Positions 39,219 to 49,488 of a DNA stretch of 64,000 nucleotides are shown piece by piece. Within the stretch, counting starts at the first letter, position 1. Every line of letters starts with the position of its first letter. The position numbers were made by a program, and so were the translations under genes. The DNA comes from Candidatus Bathyarchaeota archaeon (lineage in GTDB: Archaea; Thermoproteota; Bathyarchaeia; Bathyarchaeales; Bathycorpusculaceae). Under the pieces are notes generated by a model. It did not search any database. It saw only the letters and a program-made list of their open reading frames with translations, and was not told the origin of the DNA. The stretch spans positions 1-64,000 of the forward strand of contig CAVYES010000005.1 in the NCBI GenBank assembly GCA_963767735.1. Direction: 5' to 3'.

Positions 39219-39545
39219 GATAAGCACTGCTTCAATGAATACGACGTTGGATACTGATTGAATAATTATTTGTGCCGGTGGCTTTTTTTGTTCATAGTCT
39301 TTGAGAGCTTTTTCAATTTCGTTTTTCTCGCCATTAACATAGGCGTTTCCTTTTATACTCATTTGAGCGATGGAAGGATTAAACGTGATTGACAGGACAA
39401 ATGGGACCTCCAAAGATTCATCCTGTTTCTTTTCCATACCAACAACGTTAATGTTAGTGTTTATTTGAATTGGGGGGATTGGCTTTCTTATATCCCAAAA
39501 GCGTTCAGCAGTAATGCTGGTAATTATGACGTTAACTCTGAGCAT
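39117..39545 (-). CDS. Conserved archaeal hypothetical protein
   Basis: Follows rps27ae; ends with a PPPVPLP motif. Confidence 0.65.
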   Translation of the reverse strand: MLRVNVIITSITAERFWDIRKPIPPIQINTNINVVGMEKKQDESLEVPFVLSITFNPSIAQMSIKGNAYVNGEKNEIEKALKDYEQKKPPAQIIIQSVSNVVFIEAVLISRILNIPPPVPLPQIPEAGKQPSSKPEGRDYSA

Positions 39546-39591
39546 TTCGGGTCATCAGAACTAAATCCGTGAAAGGGAGATTTAAAACTGT

Positions 39592-39894
39592 TTATTTCTG
39601 TTTGTAACGAGTAAAACCGCAGTGACCGCAAGTGAACCTGTCATGGTGGTCTGCCATGAAGTATCCTGCTCCACATCGCTCGCAGGTTGGACGTGCCCTA
39701 CTAACCTTGGTGTCTTCAACCTTATACATTGCGTGGACTCCTTTTTCCTCTCGATGTTTCTTTTCATGTTTTGCTTTCTCAGCCTTTTGCGGCTTTGCTG
39801 CTGCTTCCGCCGATGGGGCTGGTTTGGCCTCTTCCTTAGGCGCTACTGCTGGTTTATCTTCTTTCTTCGGTGGTGGTGCTGCTTTCTTGGACAT
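39592..39894 (-). CDS. rps27ae: 30S ribosomal protein eS31 (S27ae) with Ala/Pro/Lys N-terminal extension
   Basis: CERCGAGYFMADHHDRFTCGHCG. Confidence 0.93.
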   Translation of the reverse strand: MSKKAAPPPKKEDKPAVAPKEEAKPAPSAEAAAKPQKAEKAKHEKKHREEKGVHAMYKVEDTKVSRARPTCERCGAGYFMADHHDRFTCGHCGFTRYKQK

Positions 39895-40205
39895 TAAGCT
39901 GTCGCCTCTTCCTTTGGCTTTTCTGGCGGACTGTTACGTTTCCTGATATATTCAGGTTCCACCAGTTTCGCCTGCTCGAATGTTTGATAAACGTTAGCAT
40001 CTCCCTGAGTTATACTTGTTCCAGTTTTTGTATGCATTCTTTTAACAAAAACTACGTCGTCGCCAATTTTCATTTCAATAGCTATGGCTTTCTTCACTTC
40101 TAACCTCGGAGGGGTTTTTTCTTTTGGACCTTGAACAATAGTGAAAACTACTTCTTTCCGTTTCAGAAGCGGGTTATTCTTGGTTGATTCTATTTTGATT
40201 TGCAT
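39894..40205 (-). CDS. rps24e: 30S ribosomal protein eS24
   Basis: NPLLKRKEV, TPPRLEV and EPEYIRKRN. Confidence 0.93.
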   Translation of the reverse strand: MQIKIESTKNNPLLKRKEVVFTIVQGPKEKTPPRLEVKKAIAIEMKIGDDVVFVKRMHTKTGTSITQGDANVYQTFEQAKLVEPEYIRKRNSPPEKPKEEATA

Positions 40206-40228
40206 TAATATTCACTTAAGGCGTAAGT

Positions 40229-40798
40229 TCATACAGTTTTCTTCCTATTTAGCTTTTCGAAGGCTTTCATGGCTTTTAGGAACTCCTTGGCCTGAGCCTT
40301 TTTTTCCGGAGTCACTTTGACCACCACTAATCCCGAATATGGTTGCCCATAAACTACAAACGATTTTTCTGGAGCGTACAAAACAGCTATGAGTGTAAGT
40401 AAATCTTCCTCGCCGTTAACGACAATATGAGTGTGCTCGTTTTTTTCTATGGCTTCTTTGATTGCAGAAATTGCTTCTTTGGTGATTGTTCCCTGAGGGT
40501 TATTCACGTAAACTGTTTTTTCTGCTGAGATTTTTTCGGGCATATTTCGGTTTCTGAGAAATTTGGTATCGATAATTGTTAGTTGTGGGTGAATATTGTG
40601 TTCATGGAGGTTGCGAGAAACTACATCTCCGACAGAAATTGTTCTGGTCGGTTTTTCCCTGTTAACTAACTCTTTTATTTCACTCATTGTCTTATCAAAT
40701 GAGCCCTGAATTAGGATGCCGAATGGTTCTTTGAATTTTTCTCTTAGTTCCGGCGTTATTGTGTAGACTATCGTCATCTTTTTCGACCTTGTGAACAA
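40229..40798 (-). CDS. GTP-dependent dephospho-CoA kinase (DUF359)
   Basis: SVGDVV, VNNPQGTI, GEEDLL and YGQP; probable start at 40777. Confidence 0.88.
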   Translation of the reverse strand: MFTRSKKMTIVYTITPELREKFKEPFGILIQGSFDKTMSEIKELVNREKPTRTISVGDVVSRNLHEHNIHPQLTIIDTKFLRNRNMPEKISAEKTVYVNNPQGTITKEAISAIKEAIEKNEHTHIVVNGEEDLLTLIAVLYAPEKSFVVYGQPYSGLVVVKVTPEKKAQAKEFLKAMKAFEKLNRKKTV

Positions 40799-40842
40799 CC
40801 GGTTTTAGGAACAAGTTACCGTTATGTGCCTAAAAAAACCGC

Positions 40843-41028
40843 TTAGCGCACTTTTAACGCGTATCTGCCTTTTTCTTTTATATTCATGGCTTTTGCAATG
40901 ACTGAGTTCTCAGGGTCAAACATGACAACTAAGCCGCTGTAGTCTTCGCTAAAACTTGTGGATCTACATTTACCGCAAACGTTTTCTTTAGTTATAAAAT
41001 GACAGTTAACACATGCTTTTTCACTCAT
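40843..41028 (-). CDS. spt4: Transcription elongation factor Spt4 (RpoE'')
   Basis: ACVNC...CGKC and GRYALKVR. Confidence 0.93.
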   Translation of the reverse strand: MSEKACVNCHFITKENVCGKCRSTSFSEDYSGLVVMFDPENSVIAKAMNIKEKGRYALKVR

Positions 41029-41048
41029 TCTTGTTCACTCCCTTTTAC

Positions 41049-41630
41049 TCAGCTTTTTTCTTTGCTTTCTGCCTGTTTCTTTGCAGGTGCTTCAGCTGTT
41101 TCCTTTAACCATTCAAGTTTACCTAAGAACGGTTGCCTAGCTGTGACGCCGATTTTTCCTGAGCTTCCGGCTCTGCCAAGCGAAACCGCTGTTATTCTAA
41201 CACGTACTTGGTCGCCTGTTGTTAGTTTTCTTTTGGATTCTTTTCCCAGTAGTACTCCTTGTTTTTCGTCATAAGAGATGTAGTCGTCCATAAGTTGTGA
41301 GACATGAAGTAATGCGTCTACTGGTCCGATGCGTACGAAGGCGCCGAAATCTGCTATTTCAACGACGTCTCCTTCTACAACTTCTTGAATTATCGGGTAG
41401 AACGTTAACAGAGAAAATGATACCTTGTGATAGGTTGCTCCGTCGCCTGGAATTATCTTGCCTATGGGGCTTACTTCTATAGTTGTGACCGCGATGACGT
41501 ACCCTAATTCCTCATCCACAACTCCCTCATATTTCTGTTTGACTTGTTCACGACCCACTTTTTCTAAAGGGTTGCCGAAGGTTTCGGGTGGAATACGGAT
41601 AGTATCCTGTAGTGTTATGAGCTTAAACAT
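41049..41630 (-). CDS. rpoE: RNA polymerase subunit Rpo7 (E')
   Basis: IRIPP, GKIIPGDGA, FGAFVRIGP.DALLHVSQ and RQPFLGKLEW. Confidence 0.95.
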   Translation of the reverse strand: MFKLITLQDTIRIPPETFGNPLEKVGREQVKQKYEGVVDEELGYVIAVTTIEVSPIGKIIPGDGATYHKVSFSLLTFYPIIQEVVEGDVVEIADFGAFVRIGPVDALLHVSQLMDDYISYDEKQGVLLGKESKRKLTTGDQVRVRITAVSLGRAGSSGKIGVTARQPFLGKLEWLKETAEAPAKKQAESKEKS

Positions 41631-41632
41631 AG

Positions 41633-42097
41633 TTATATCAACCCGTCAATCTCTAGACGCGATTTTTGTCTCACATAAATCACTGGCACACTTATATCTC
41701 TTAGCTTCCTCCGTAGCTGCCTGTCATTGGTGAACACGGGCGAATTCCACGCTTTAGCAACCTTAACTATAACATCGTCAGTCGACAGCTTTTCATTTTC
41801 ATCAACTGGAACGTACTTGCATTTTTCAGCAAACTTCAATGCGTAAACAGCTTCCCTGCGAATTTTAGGCGAATTCTTAGTTGCCAACAGTTCAAGTTCA
41901 CCTTTAACTGGCGATAGCAAAACAAAATCAACATTCCGATTTAGCAGACGCTCAACTTCAACAAAAATATCGAGTTTAAACTCAAGCGGAACAAATAATG
42001 CGTTTGAATCTAAAATAACTTTTAACGCTCCATTTCTCTTCGGTGAAGCTGACACTTGGCATGGCTCCTGTTTCCCAAAAAAGTTAATTTTTTGCAT
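41633..42097 (-). CDS. PIN-domain protein (Fcf1/Utp24-like)
   Basis: VILDSNAL, TDD and FTNDRQLRRK. Confidence 0.85.
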   Translation of the reverse strand: MQKINFFGKQEPCQVSASPKRNGALKVILDSNALFVPLEFKLDIFVEVERLLNRNVDFVLLSPVKGELELLATKNSPKIRREAVYALKFAEKCKYVPVDENEKLSTDDVIVKVAKAWNSPVFTNDRQLRRKLRDISVPVIYVRQKSRLEIDGLI

Positions 42098-42211
42098 GCT
42101 TAAAACATTTCGTTCTTAAGTTTCGTTTGTGTTGCTATGCATTATTGTCTTAAAATTACTATCAGTTTAAATACCTTGAGCAAATGAATTGAGCAATAAT
42201 CAGGTGAATGT

Positions 42212-42649
42212 TTGCTCCGCGAGAAATCGTGTGGCGCTGTAATATTCATAAAAAAGAGTGATGCCACAAAATATCTTCTTCTGAACTATACAGCAGGGCA
42301 TTGGGATTTTGTCAAGGGCAATGTTGAACCTGATGAAAGCGAAAAAGAAACCGTTGTCCGTGAACTAAAAGAGGAAACTAGCATAACTGAGGCCCAATTC
42401 GTCGATGGTTTCAGAGAAGCAATCGCTTACTTTTACAGGCGGCAAGGTTTAACGGTCCATAAAGAAGTTGTATTCTTCTTAATGGAAGCATACAGTGATA
42501 AAGTGGTGTTGTCTTTCGAGCACGTAGGCTATGTTTGGTTGGATTACCAGCATACCATGGAAAAACTAACTTTTAAAAATGCTAAGGACGTTCTACAAAA
42601 ATCGCGCGATTTCCTTAAGAAAAACGGCATAATAAAATTGACTGAGTAA
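42212..42649 (+). CDS. Nudix hydrolase (Ap4A hydrolase-like)
   Basis: GHWDFVKG.VE..E...RELKEET Nudix box and LSFEH. Confidence 0.9.
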   Translation: MLREKSCGAVIFIKKSDATKYLLLNYTAGHWDFVKGNVEPDESEKETVVRELKEETSITEAQFVDGFREAIAYFYRRQGLTVHKEVVFFLMEAYSDKVVLSFEHVGYVWLDYQHTMEKLTFKNAKDVLQKSRDFLKKNGIIKLTE

Positions 42650-42658
42650 ACTTGGTTG

Positions 42659-43909
42659 TTACTTTTGGATAAGCCCGTATCCGATAAGTCTCCAGCGGGC
42701 AGTGATTTTTCTGCTGATAGCAACTCTGGAATCTGGCAATGCACAAATCGGCCTAGTCAACTTTACTTTAATCACGTTTTGTTTTATTGCAACTATTTTT
42801 CCAACGTTTACAGCAGCGCCTATATGAAGCAGCAGTGTTTCATCGGGGTTAAATTTTTCAACCTTCAAAAGTTCTTTTGTTCCCACTGCACGTTCCAAAA
42901 CGTGTGTTTCTAAAGTAAGCTCCGTCAATGTTGGCGGAAGCATTCCTGCTTTTCCAGCAATGCTGCCTGTTAAGCCGTCTGCCTTTGAATAGGATGGGTC
43001 AAGTAATGTTCCTACTCCAACAAGGCCCCCGCACGTGGCCTCTTTCACACTTTGCTCACCAGCGTTCAAACTAACTATTTCGCTGATTAATGGGTCGTAA
43101 AGGGTTTTGCCTTCTCTTTCAACACTGATGCCTGGGCGAATTTCTATTTCTTCTCCAACGGCAAATTTTCCTTGAGCTATTGTTCCGCCGACGATGCCGC
43201 CTTCTAGCTCTTCGATGGTGGTTCCTGGTTTGTTAACGTCAAAAGACCGAATAATGTACATGAGCGGCGGCTTAGTTTCATCCCGTTTGGGCGTAGGAAT
43301 AAATGTTTCAATAGCGTTAAGGAGCACATCAATGTTTATGCCCCGTTGGGCTGAGATTGGAATAATCGGCGCCTTTTCCGCTACTGTGCCTTTAATGAAG
43401 TTTTTGATTTCTTTGTAGCTTTCTAGCGCTCTTTTCTCATCTACGATGTCAATTTTGTTCTGTACAATAATTAGATTTTTTATGCCACTTACTTCAGCGG
43501 CTGCGAGGTGCTCTCGTGTCTGCGGTTGAGGACATGGCTCATCTGCTGCAATAACCAAAATCGCGCCATCCATTATGGCCGCGCCTGAAAGCATAGTGGC
43601 CATTAACGCTTCGTGCCCTGGTGCGTCAACAAAACTTATAGCTCGAACAAATTTTGCTTCAGAATTACAGCCTTCACAATAGGGCTTAATTGTGTAGTTT
43701 TTGGGCGGCTCACATTTCGGGCACTTGTAAATAGGCATATCCGCGTAGCCCAGTTTTATGGTGATGCCTCTTTTTAGTTCTTCACTGTGCCTTGACGCCC
43801 AAACGCCCGTTAACGCTTGTACCAACGTTGTTTTCCCATGGTCTACATGCCCTATGGTGCCGATGTTGACTTCTGGCTGCTTAGGCAAGGCTTTACTCGT
43901 GTCACTCAT
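42659..43909 (-). CDS. eif2g: Translation initiation factor aIF2 gamma
   Basis: GHVDHGKT, RGITIKLGY, DAPGH, NKID and RWRLIGYG. Confidence 0.97.
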   Translation of the reverse strand: MSDTSKALPKQPEVNIGTIGHVDHGKTTLVQALTGVWASRHSEELKRGITIKLGYADMPIYKCPKCEPPKNYTIKPYCEGCNSEAKFVRAISFVDAPGHEALMATMLSGAAIMDGAILVIAADEPCPQPQTREHLAAAEVSGIKNLIIVQNKIDIVDEKRALESYKEIKNFIKGTVAEKAPIIPISAQRGINIDVLLNAIETFIPTPKRDETKPPLMYIIRSFDVNKPGTTIEELEGGIVGGTIAQGKFAVGEEIEIRPGISVEREGKTLYDPLISEIVSLNAGEQSVKEATCGGLVGVGTLLDPSYSKADGLTGSIAGKAGMLPPTLTELTLETHVLERAVGTKELLKVEKFNPDETLLLHIGAAVNVGKIVAIKQNVIKVKLTRPICALPDSRVAISRKITARWRLIGYGLIQK

Positions 43910-43997
43910 CTGATTCTCTCTTTAAATAAATTTGATGAATTATGAAAGAACTAGGGAAGTTTATAAGGTTTAAGCATGAGCTCAGTCAAAGTTGTGC

Positions 43998-44390
43998 TCA
44001 CGTTGCAACTGGCTGCGCTTTAACTTCAGCGGCTTTTGCGGCTGGTTTTTCAACAATTTTCATGTTAATCTGAACAATTTCGTCTGTTATTGTGCTTCCG
44101 CGAACTGTTTTACGCCTTCTCTCTCCATGCTTCTTTGGGCTAAAACCTGCTCCACCGCTAAGCACCACAGCTCGGCGGACACCACCATGAACATTTCCCC
44201 TCATAGGAACGCCATCTTTGTCTGAACCGCCCCTTATTTGCACTTTATGCGCCGGCAAATCAACTACTGTTCCGTCCATTGTTTCTCCAATTCTTCTACC
44301 GATGAACGGTGCTGCACGTGCTTCTTCAAGCTCAACAACCTTTGAAGTTCCAGCTTCGGGATCAGATACTATTACCTTAAATTTCGCCAT
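43998..44390 (-). CDS. rps6e: 30S ribosomal protein eS6
   Basis: GGSDKDGVPM and GERRRKTVRG. Confidence 0.95.
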   Translation of the reverse strand: MAKFKVIVSDPEAGTSKVVELEEARAAPFIGRRIGETMDGTVVDLPAHKVQIRGGSDKDGVPMRGNVHGGVRRAVVLSGGAGFSPKKHGERRRKTVRGSTITDEIVQINMKIVEKPAAKAAEVKAQPVAT

Positions 44391-45049
44391 TTGGCTGATA
44401 TACTCTCCAGCGGAGTAAGAAGTTGGCTGCTCTCTCTATTAAGGATTTATGAAAAATTTTTGCCCTATGCCTGATTTTCAAAACAACTTAGTATTGTTCA
44501 GGGGCTCTGGCTCTAATTTTTGTTTGTAATCGTTGGGGCAGAACATCAATGGTTGTGTTGCCGTTTTATGGGGCTGTAATGGGTTGTTTTTTGATTTTAA
44601 GCTTGAATCGGTGGCAGGTTGTGTGCATATTTGTTCGGATTTGTGTGGATTTGTGTGGAATTGTATGGATTGTTGAAGAGCCGCTCTGAGTAGGTTGCGG
44701 CAAATTTTGAACAAGCCGTTCTAAGTTGCTTTTCTGGTTTAGGCTTTGAAACGTTTGCAGGTTGAGTGTTTTCGCGTTGTTCTGCGTTGTTTTGCGTGTT
44801 TCTGGGTGTTTCTGGGTGTTTTCTGCGTTTTATTGCGTTGGTTTGCGTTTCTTTAGGCTTAAGTTTAGGTTAGTTGATGGTTCTGAAGGTCAGCCTTTTA
44901 ACGGTTGCTTCAATTAGAAACCGGCGTTTACAAACTTTAAATGGCAAAAGTTCACGTCCAAGGCAGCTAGAACCTTAAGGTACCACCAAAATATTTAGAG
45001 ACAGCGCGTTGTTCAGGCAAAAGGTTTAAAGCATCTTTGAAGCCGTTCT

Positions 45050-46294
45050 TTGGCTATGTGGCGGTTAGGGTTTTTCTTCCATGATATGGCTTTCGGATTG
45101 CTAACGGTCTTCATACCGCTATACTTGGTATTGCATTTTAGCGCCAGTAGCCTAGCTATTTTGGGAGGTCCGCTTCTCGCCCTCGGAGTTATGACTTCTG
45201 TAGCGATCTTCTGTTCGATCCCCGCCTCTTTTCTGTGGGGGTACCTATGCGACGCTACCCGGCACTACAAAATCTTCATTCTCCTTGCTTTCGCATCAAT
45301 AGCTGCAATTCTTTTCCTCATGGCGCTTCCATTTGCCCAGAACCTACTTGTTTTTGTTGCTTTGTATATTGTCATGCAGGTGCTTCATGTAGCTCATGAA
45401 TCGCCGAAGAACGTGCTTGTCACCGAGCATTACAGCCGCAACGACTGGGAGAGAGCCTTCGGGTTCTACGAGGGGCTAACAGAAATCGGAACGATTATAG
45501 GTTTTGCTATAGGAATATTCATGTTTGCTTTTGTCTCAACAATCAGTTTCTCTATCTTGTCAACGTATACGTTTTACATTTGCAGCGGTATAAGCGTGGT
45601 TGCATTCGCGCTAGCTTTAGCGTTGATTGCTGACCCATTGTTGATTTTTGAGAGACGCTTGGTAAGCATCGAGAAAAAACTGGAGTATACACATCGTGGC
45701 GTCGAAGCCTCATCTAGGCTAATGGATGGTCTGCCGTGGAAAGGTCGTCTTAAGCAGGACAGCTTCGCAGGCTTCGCATTAGCCATCGTTCTGTTTGCTC
45801 TTGCAACAAGCCTCTTCTTTACTCCTTTACCCATCTTTCTAAACGAAGGTCTACATTTGCCTATGAGCATAGTTTACTTTGCATACATCTTAAACTCTGC
45901 AGGTGCAACAACGGGCTATTTCCTGATTCGTGGACGAGCACAATCGATGAATATAAGAAAGCAGATGCCTCGCTTTGTGCTCCTGCGTAGCTTACTAGTT
46001 TTTATGATTGTTGCGGTAATTTGGTTTGCTTTTTCACCCGCTATCTTAACCGGCATTTTGCTTATCTTTCTCGGATTTACCTACGCCATGTACTACATTA
46101 TGATGCTTTCTCTTTCAATGGAGGTTATACCCGCGGGAAAAGCCGGCTTCTTCGATGGGCTTGTCGGTTTAGGGGCAGCGATAGGCGCTTTTCTTGGTCC
46201 CTTCCTCGCTTTTCACTTGAATTACGTGCCGATGTTCGTTGTTACGGCAGTTATTTTCTTAGTCGCCTTCACAACTCTAAAACTGTTCCGCTAA
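45050..46294 (+). CDS. MFS transporter
   Basis: About 12 TM helices; WGYLCDATRHYK resembles motif A. Confidence 0.8.
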   Translation: MAMWRLGFFFHDMAFGLLTVFIPLYLVLHFSASSLAILGGPLLALGVMTSVAIFCSIPASFLWGYLCDATRHYKIFILLAFASIAAILFLMALPFAQNLLVFVALYIVMQVLHVAHESPKNVLVTEHYSRNDWERAFGFYEGLTEIGTIIGFAIGIFMFAFVSTISFSILSTYTFYICSGISVVAFALALALIADPLLIFERRLVSIEKKLEYTHRGVEASSRLMDGLPWKGRLKQDSFAGFALAIVLFALATSLFFTPLPIFLNEGLHLPMSIVYFAYILNSAGATTGYFLIRGRAQSMNIRKQMPRFVLLRSLLVFMIVAVIWFAFSPAILTGILLIFLGFTYAMYYIMMLSLSMEVIPAGKAGFFDGLVGLGAAIGAFLGPFLAFHLNYVPMFVVTAVIFLVAFTTLKLFR

Positions 46295-46540
46295 ACAACA
46301 AGTTACATACCATTTTTGTGGCTGGAATTTGGCACAAAAAGTAGGTAGGTCTATAGGTAGGGGGTGATGGTTGAGGGTTTGTTTTGGGTTGCTTTTTTGT
46401 TTTAGGGTTTGACAAGGTATTTGTTTAGATTTTAGTTTAAATTGTTTCAGAAATCCTTTGAAAAATCATCGCTTTTTAGAAACATAATAAGGATTGTTAA
46501 TTCAAAAAATCTTTAAGCTGAAATAACAACTGCTTGCGCT

Positions 46541-46678
46541 ATGAAATTTGTCGATGAAGATGACGGGGAGTTTTGCCTCAAATGCCAAAGTCGAAAAGAA
46601 CGTATCTTTGAAAACGGGCTGGTAGTTTGTCGAAACTGCAGGCATTTAAAAGCTGTTAAATTACCGATACCCCTTTAA
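46541..46678 (+). CDS. Zinc-finger microprotein (45 aa, not in ORF track)
   Basis: MKFVDEDDGEFCLKCQSRKERIFENGLVVCRNCRHLKAVKLPIPL, with CTTTAAG ~30 nt upstream. Confidence 0.45.
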   Translation: MKFVDEDDGEFCLKCQSRKERIFENGLVVCRNCRHLKAVKLPIPL

Positions 46679-47648
46679 CTTTAAAACAACGGAAACAATA
46701 AACCGTACATTTAATTTTACAGTGCAAACGATTAAACCTGTTAAAATTTTAGCTGGAACAGCTTTATCTGCTCTATTAACTTGTTACAAACCTCTAGTTT
46801 CCAGAGGCTAACTCGGAGTTTCCAGAAGAAAACGGGTTAAGAAGCCTAGAACCAAAAAAGAATCACCAAATCTTGTCACGACAAACATCTAACTAGTAAT
46901 CGTAAATCCAAACACGTAAACAGTAAAAGAAAATCCAAAATGGGTTAGGATAAAGGAGCTTGGTTAACTGCTCAACCTGTGAATCCGGCTTTAACTTCAT
47001 TTTGGGTAATGGACGGCTTCCTTAGAAAGAAAATAAGTTACAGTACAAGAAACGGTTTTGAATGAAGAAAGAAAAAATCTTAGAATCCTCTCAACATCTA
47101 CGCATGAATGGAAAAAGACTCTTGTCCACTCAAGATTGATTACAAAGGTGGGTTCTATTCGTGGAGCTGAAGGGTCGAAAGAATTCCCACCCTTTAGAGA
47201 AATTGAGGAGGCTGAGGAGGCAGAAGAAGTCAGATGCGTGAAATGTAAAAAAACTGGGAGACCCAAGTGTTATTAAGTTAAGTTCGCAATCTAAAATACT
47301 CACGCGTTTTCGAAAATAGGATTTTTGGGAAACAAGGTTACAAATTGTTTGATTTCAGAACACATGTACTGCAACCAATTTAAACCAAAATTTTAACGAA
47401 AAGCTTGTTAATTTAGGGTTTGAAGCGCAGTTATACTGTGTTTGCTTAAAGGGCGAAAATGAGGGTAAAACCATTGGATTCTCCTAATTGGCACATCTAT
47501 ATTAGCCAAATAGGCAAGCATACAAGCGTTAAGGCAACTGGCGTGTTTGGCTATTCCAAATACAGCAAAATCGCTTTTGCCAATGTCGGGTAGCAGAGAA
47601 AAATTAAAGAAGAAAAAAGAAAGAGTTGGTTGAGCTTTGTGATCGGGT

Positions 47649-49091
47649 TTATTCTGTGTGGACTCTGTAGAGGTCGATGTCTTCGCGCATGGCTGGAGTC
47701 AGTTCAAGGAAGTCTCTGACTGAGCGTACAATGTCTTTGCTCTGTGTGACGTATCTGCCGACTATGAGGATGTCTGCGCCCTGCTCAAGTGCTTCTTTGG
47801 CTGTTTCTGGAACAATGCCGCCTGCAACTGCAATGAGGAGTTTCTTGTTGGGGAAAGCTTGGCGTAGCATCTTTATGCGTTCAAGTCCGCAGGTTCTGCC
47901 GCTTTCCTGATCAATACCTCTGTGTAGAATGACGATGTCTGGCAGGACTTTAAGTGATTTTAGCTTTGCGAGGACGTCTTCTACATTTAGCATGTCGATG
48001 ACCGAGTAGATTCCCATACGCCTGGATTCAGAAACAGTTGCATCAAGAGTTTCTGCGGGTCCTAAGCCTGCTGCGACAACTGCGTCTGCTGTGTCTTCGT
48101 ATGCAATGTCTACTTCAACTTTGCCTACATCAAGCGTTTTTAGGTCAGCTATTATAAACTTGTCTTTGGCTGTTTGTCTTAGATCGCCGATTACGCGTGT
48201 TCCGTAGCGTTTAATGAGGGGTGTGCCAGCTTCGATGATGATTCTGTCGCTTCCAGGCAGTTGTTCAAGAACTTTTTTTGCCGCTTCAAGTGAGGGTGCG
48301 TCAAGCGCAATTTGCAGGTATGGTGGTCTCCATAGGCGTGGCACTTTGAATCCCATGATTGGATGCTTTGATCGGTCTTTCTCGTAGATCATCTTTTCCA
48401 ACGTTGGATAGCTCTTTAATGCTCGCTGCAACGCCATTTTGGTTGCGCCGTAGTTGTACTGGTATATTTTGCGGAAATCGGTTGCTTGTGGGTGGATGAA
48501 GACACTGCATATGATGACCCAGTCGTCGAGTTTGTCTGCGGGTATGATTCCTTCTTCTGTGGAGTCCGCGATGGCTTTGGCAACCGCGGCTTGTGCAGGA
48601 CCAAAAATTTTCCCTGTATCCTCCATGTTCTTAACAGTTACTTTAGGAACTATCAGCGTGTGGGGTTTCGGCGGTAAGTTCGGTCTTATGACTGCCAGTA
48701 GCGGCGTGTGACCGGCTGATAAACTTGTCATGCCATTAGCGAAGGCTTGGCCAACAGGTCCATCCTTGTCGCCTATCATCAGGTCGATGTGTGCGACTTC
48801 GTTTCCTTCTCCTACTAGAGATTCGCCGATTAGATAGGTGCTTCCTGATTTTTCAGCTGGAGCGTCTACAGTGGTTGTCGGCGTACGGTCAACGATTTCT
48901 TTAAAATCGACATTAAACTCCTTTAACCACGAATATAATGTATCCCTATGGATCTCTAATTCTTTTGCCGTTCCGACGATTGTCGGTTTTGTCGGCTTAC
49001 CTTTTGTGCCAACTTCTTTTTTTGCTGCTTCGGTTAATGTTTTTATGAATTCTTCTCGAGTTTCTGGCTTTTTAACATCTGCTCCCGACAT
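47649..49091 (-). CDS. fae-hps: Bifunctional formaldehyde-activating enzyme / 3-hexulose-6-phosphate synthase with extra N-terminal HTH
   Basis: GESLVGEGNEVAHIDL and GHTPLLAVIRPN (Fae); LQIALD, EAGTPL and DLKTLDVG (Hps). Confidence 0.92.
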   Translation of the reverse strand: MSGADVKKPETREEFIKTLTEAAKKEVGTKGKPTKPTIVGTAKELEIHRDTLYSWLKEFNVDFKEIVDRTPTTTVDAPAEKSGSTYLIGESLVGEGNEVAHIDLMIGDKDGPVGQAFANGMTSLSAGHTPLLAVIRPNLPPKPHTLIVPKVTVKNMEDTGKIFGPAQAAVAKAIADSTEEGIIPADKLDDWVIICSVFIHPQATDFRKIYQYNYGATKMALQRALKSYPTLEKMIYEKDRSKHPIMGFKVPRLWRPPYLQIALDAPSLEAAKKVLEQLPGSDRIIIEAGTPLIKRYGTRVIGDLRQTAKDKFIIADLKTLDVGKVEVDIAYEDTADAVVAAGLGPAETLDATVSESRRMGIYSVIDMLNVEDVLAKLKSLKVLPDIVILHRGIDQESGRTCGLERIKMLRQAFPNKKLLIAVAGGIVPETAKEALEQGADILIVGRYVTQSKDIVRSVRDFLELTPAMREDIDLYRVHTE

Positions 49092-49305
49092 TTTTTAGCC
49101 TCAGCGCTTTCTGTAGATTTATCTTGTATATAAGAATGTCGGAAGTTTAGAAAAAATGTTGGTGAGTGTTCGTCTGCTTTTAGCGGTTGGTTGCCGCTTA
49201 ATGTTTTTTCTTTGGGGAGCAGCAAGAACTTGCTTGGGGAAAAAAATCCAGCGGTAAATCTATATACCTTGAAGTTTTATTCAATGCAACCTATGAGGCA
49301 ACTCG

Positions 49306-49488
49306 ATGTCTTGGACTGACTGGGCATGCTTAGGAATATTCATACTTGGATTTTTGCTGTTCCTCGTCGGCGCCAACATTTATAACGCAATTATCGGTTA
49401 CACTGGCGTCTACCTTTTCATCGGGGCAATCGTAGCCTACATTATCATTTACATATACAAGGAATTGAGTAAGAAGCCATCCGCTTAA
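49306..49488 (+). CDS. Small two-TM membrane protein
   Basis: 60 aa, hydrophobic. Confidence 0.55.
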   Translation: MSWTDWACLGIFILGFLLFLVGANIYNAIIGYTGVYLFIGAIVAYIIIYIYKELSKKPSA

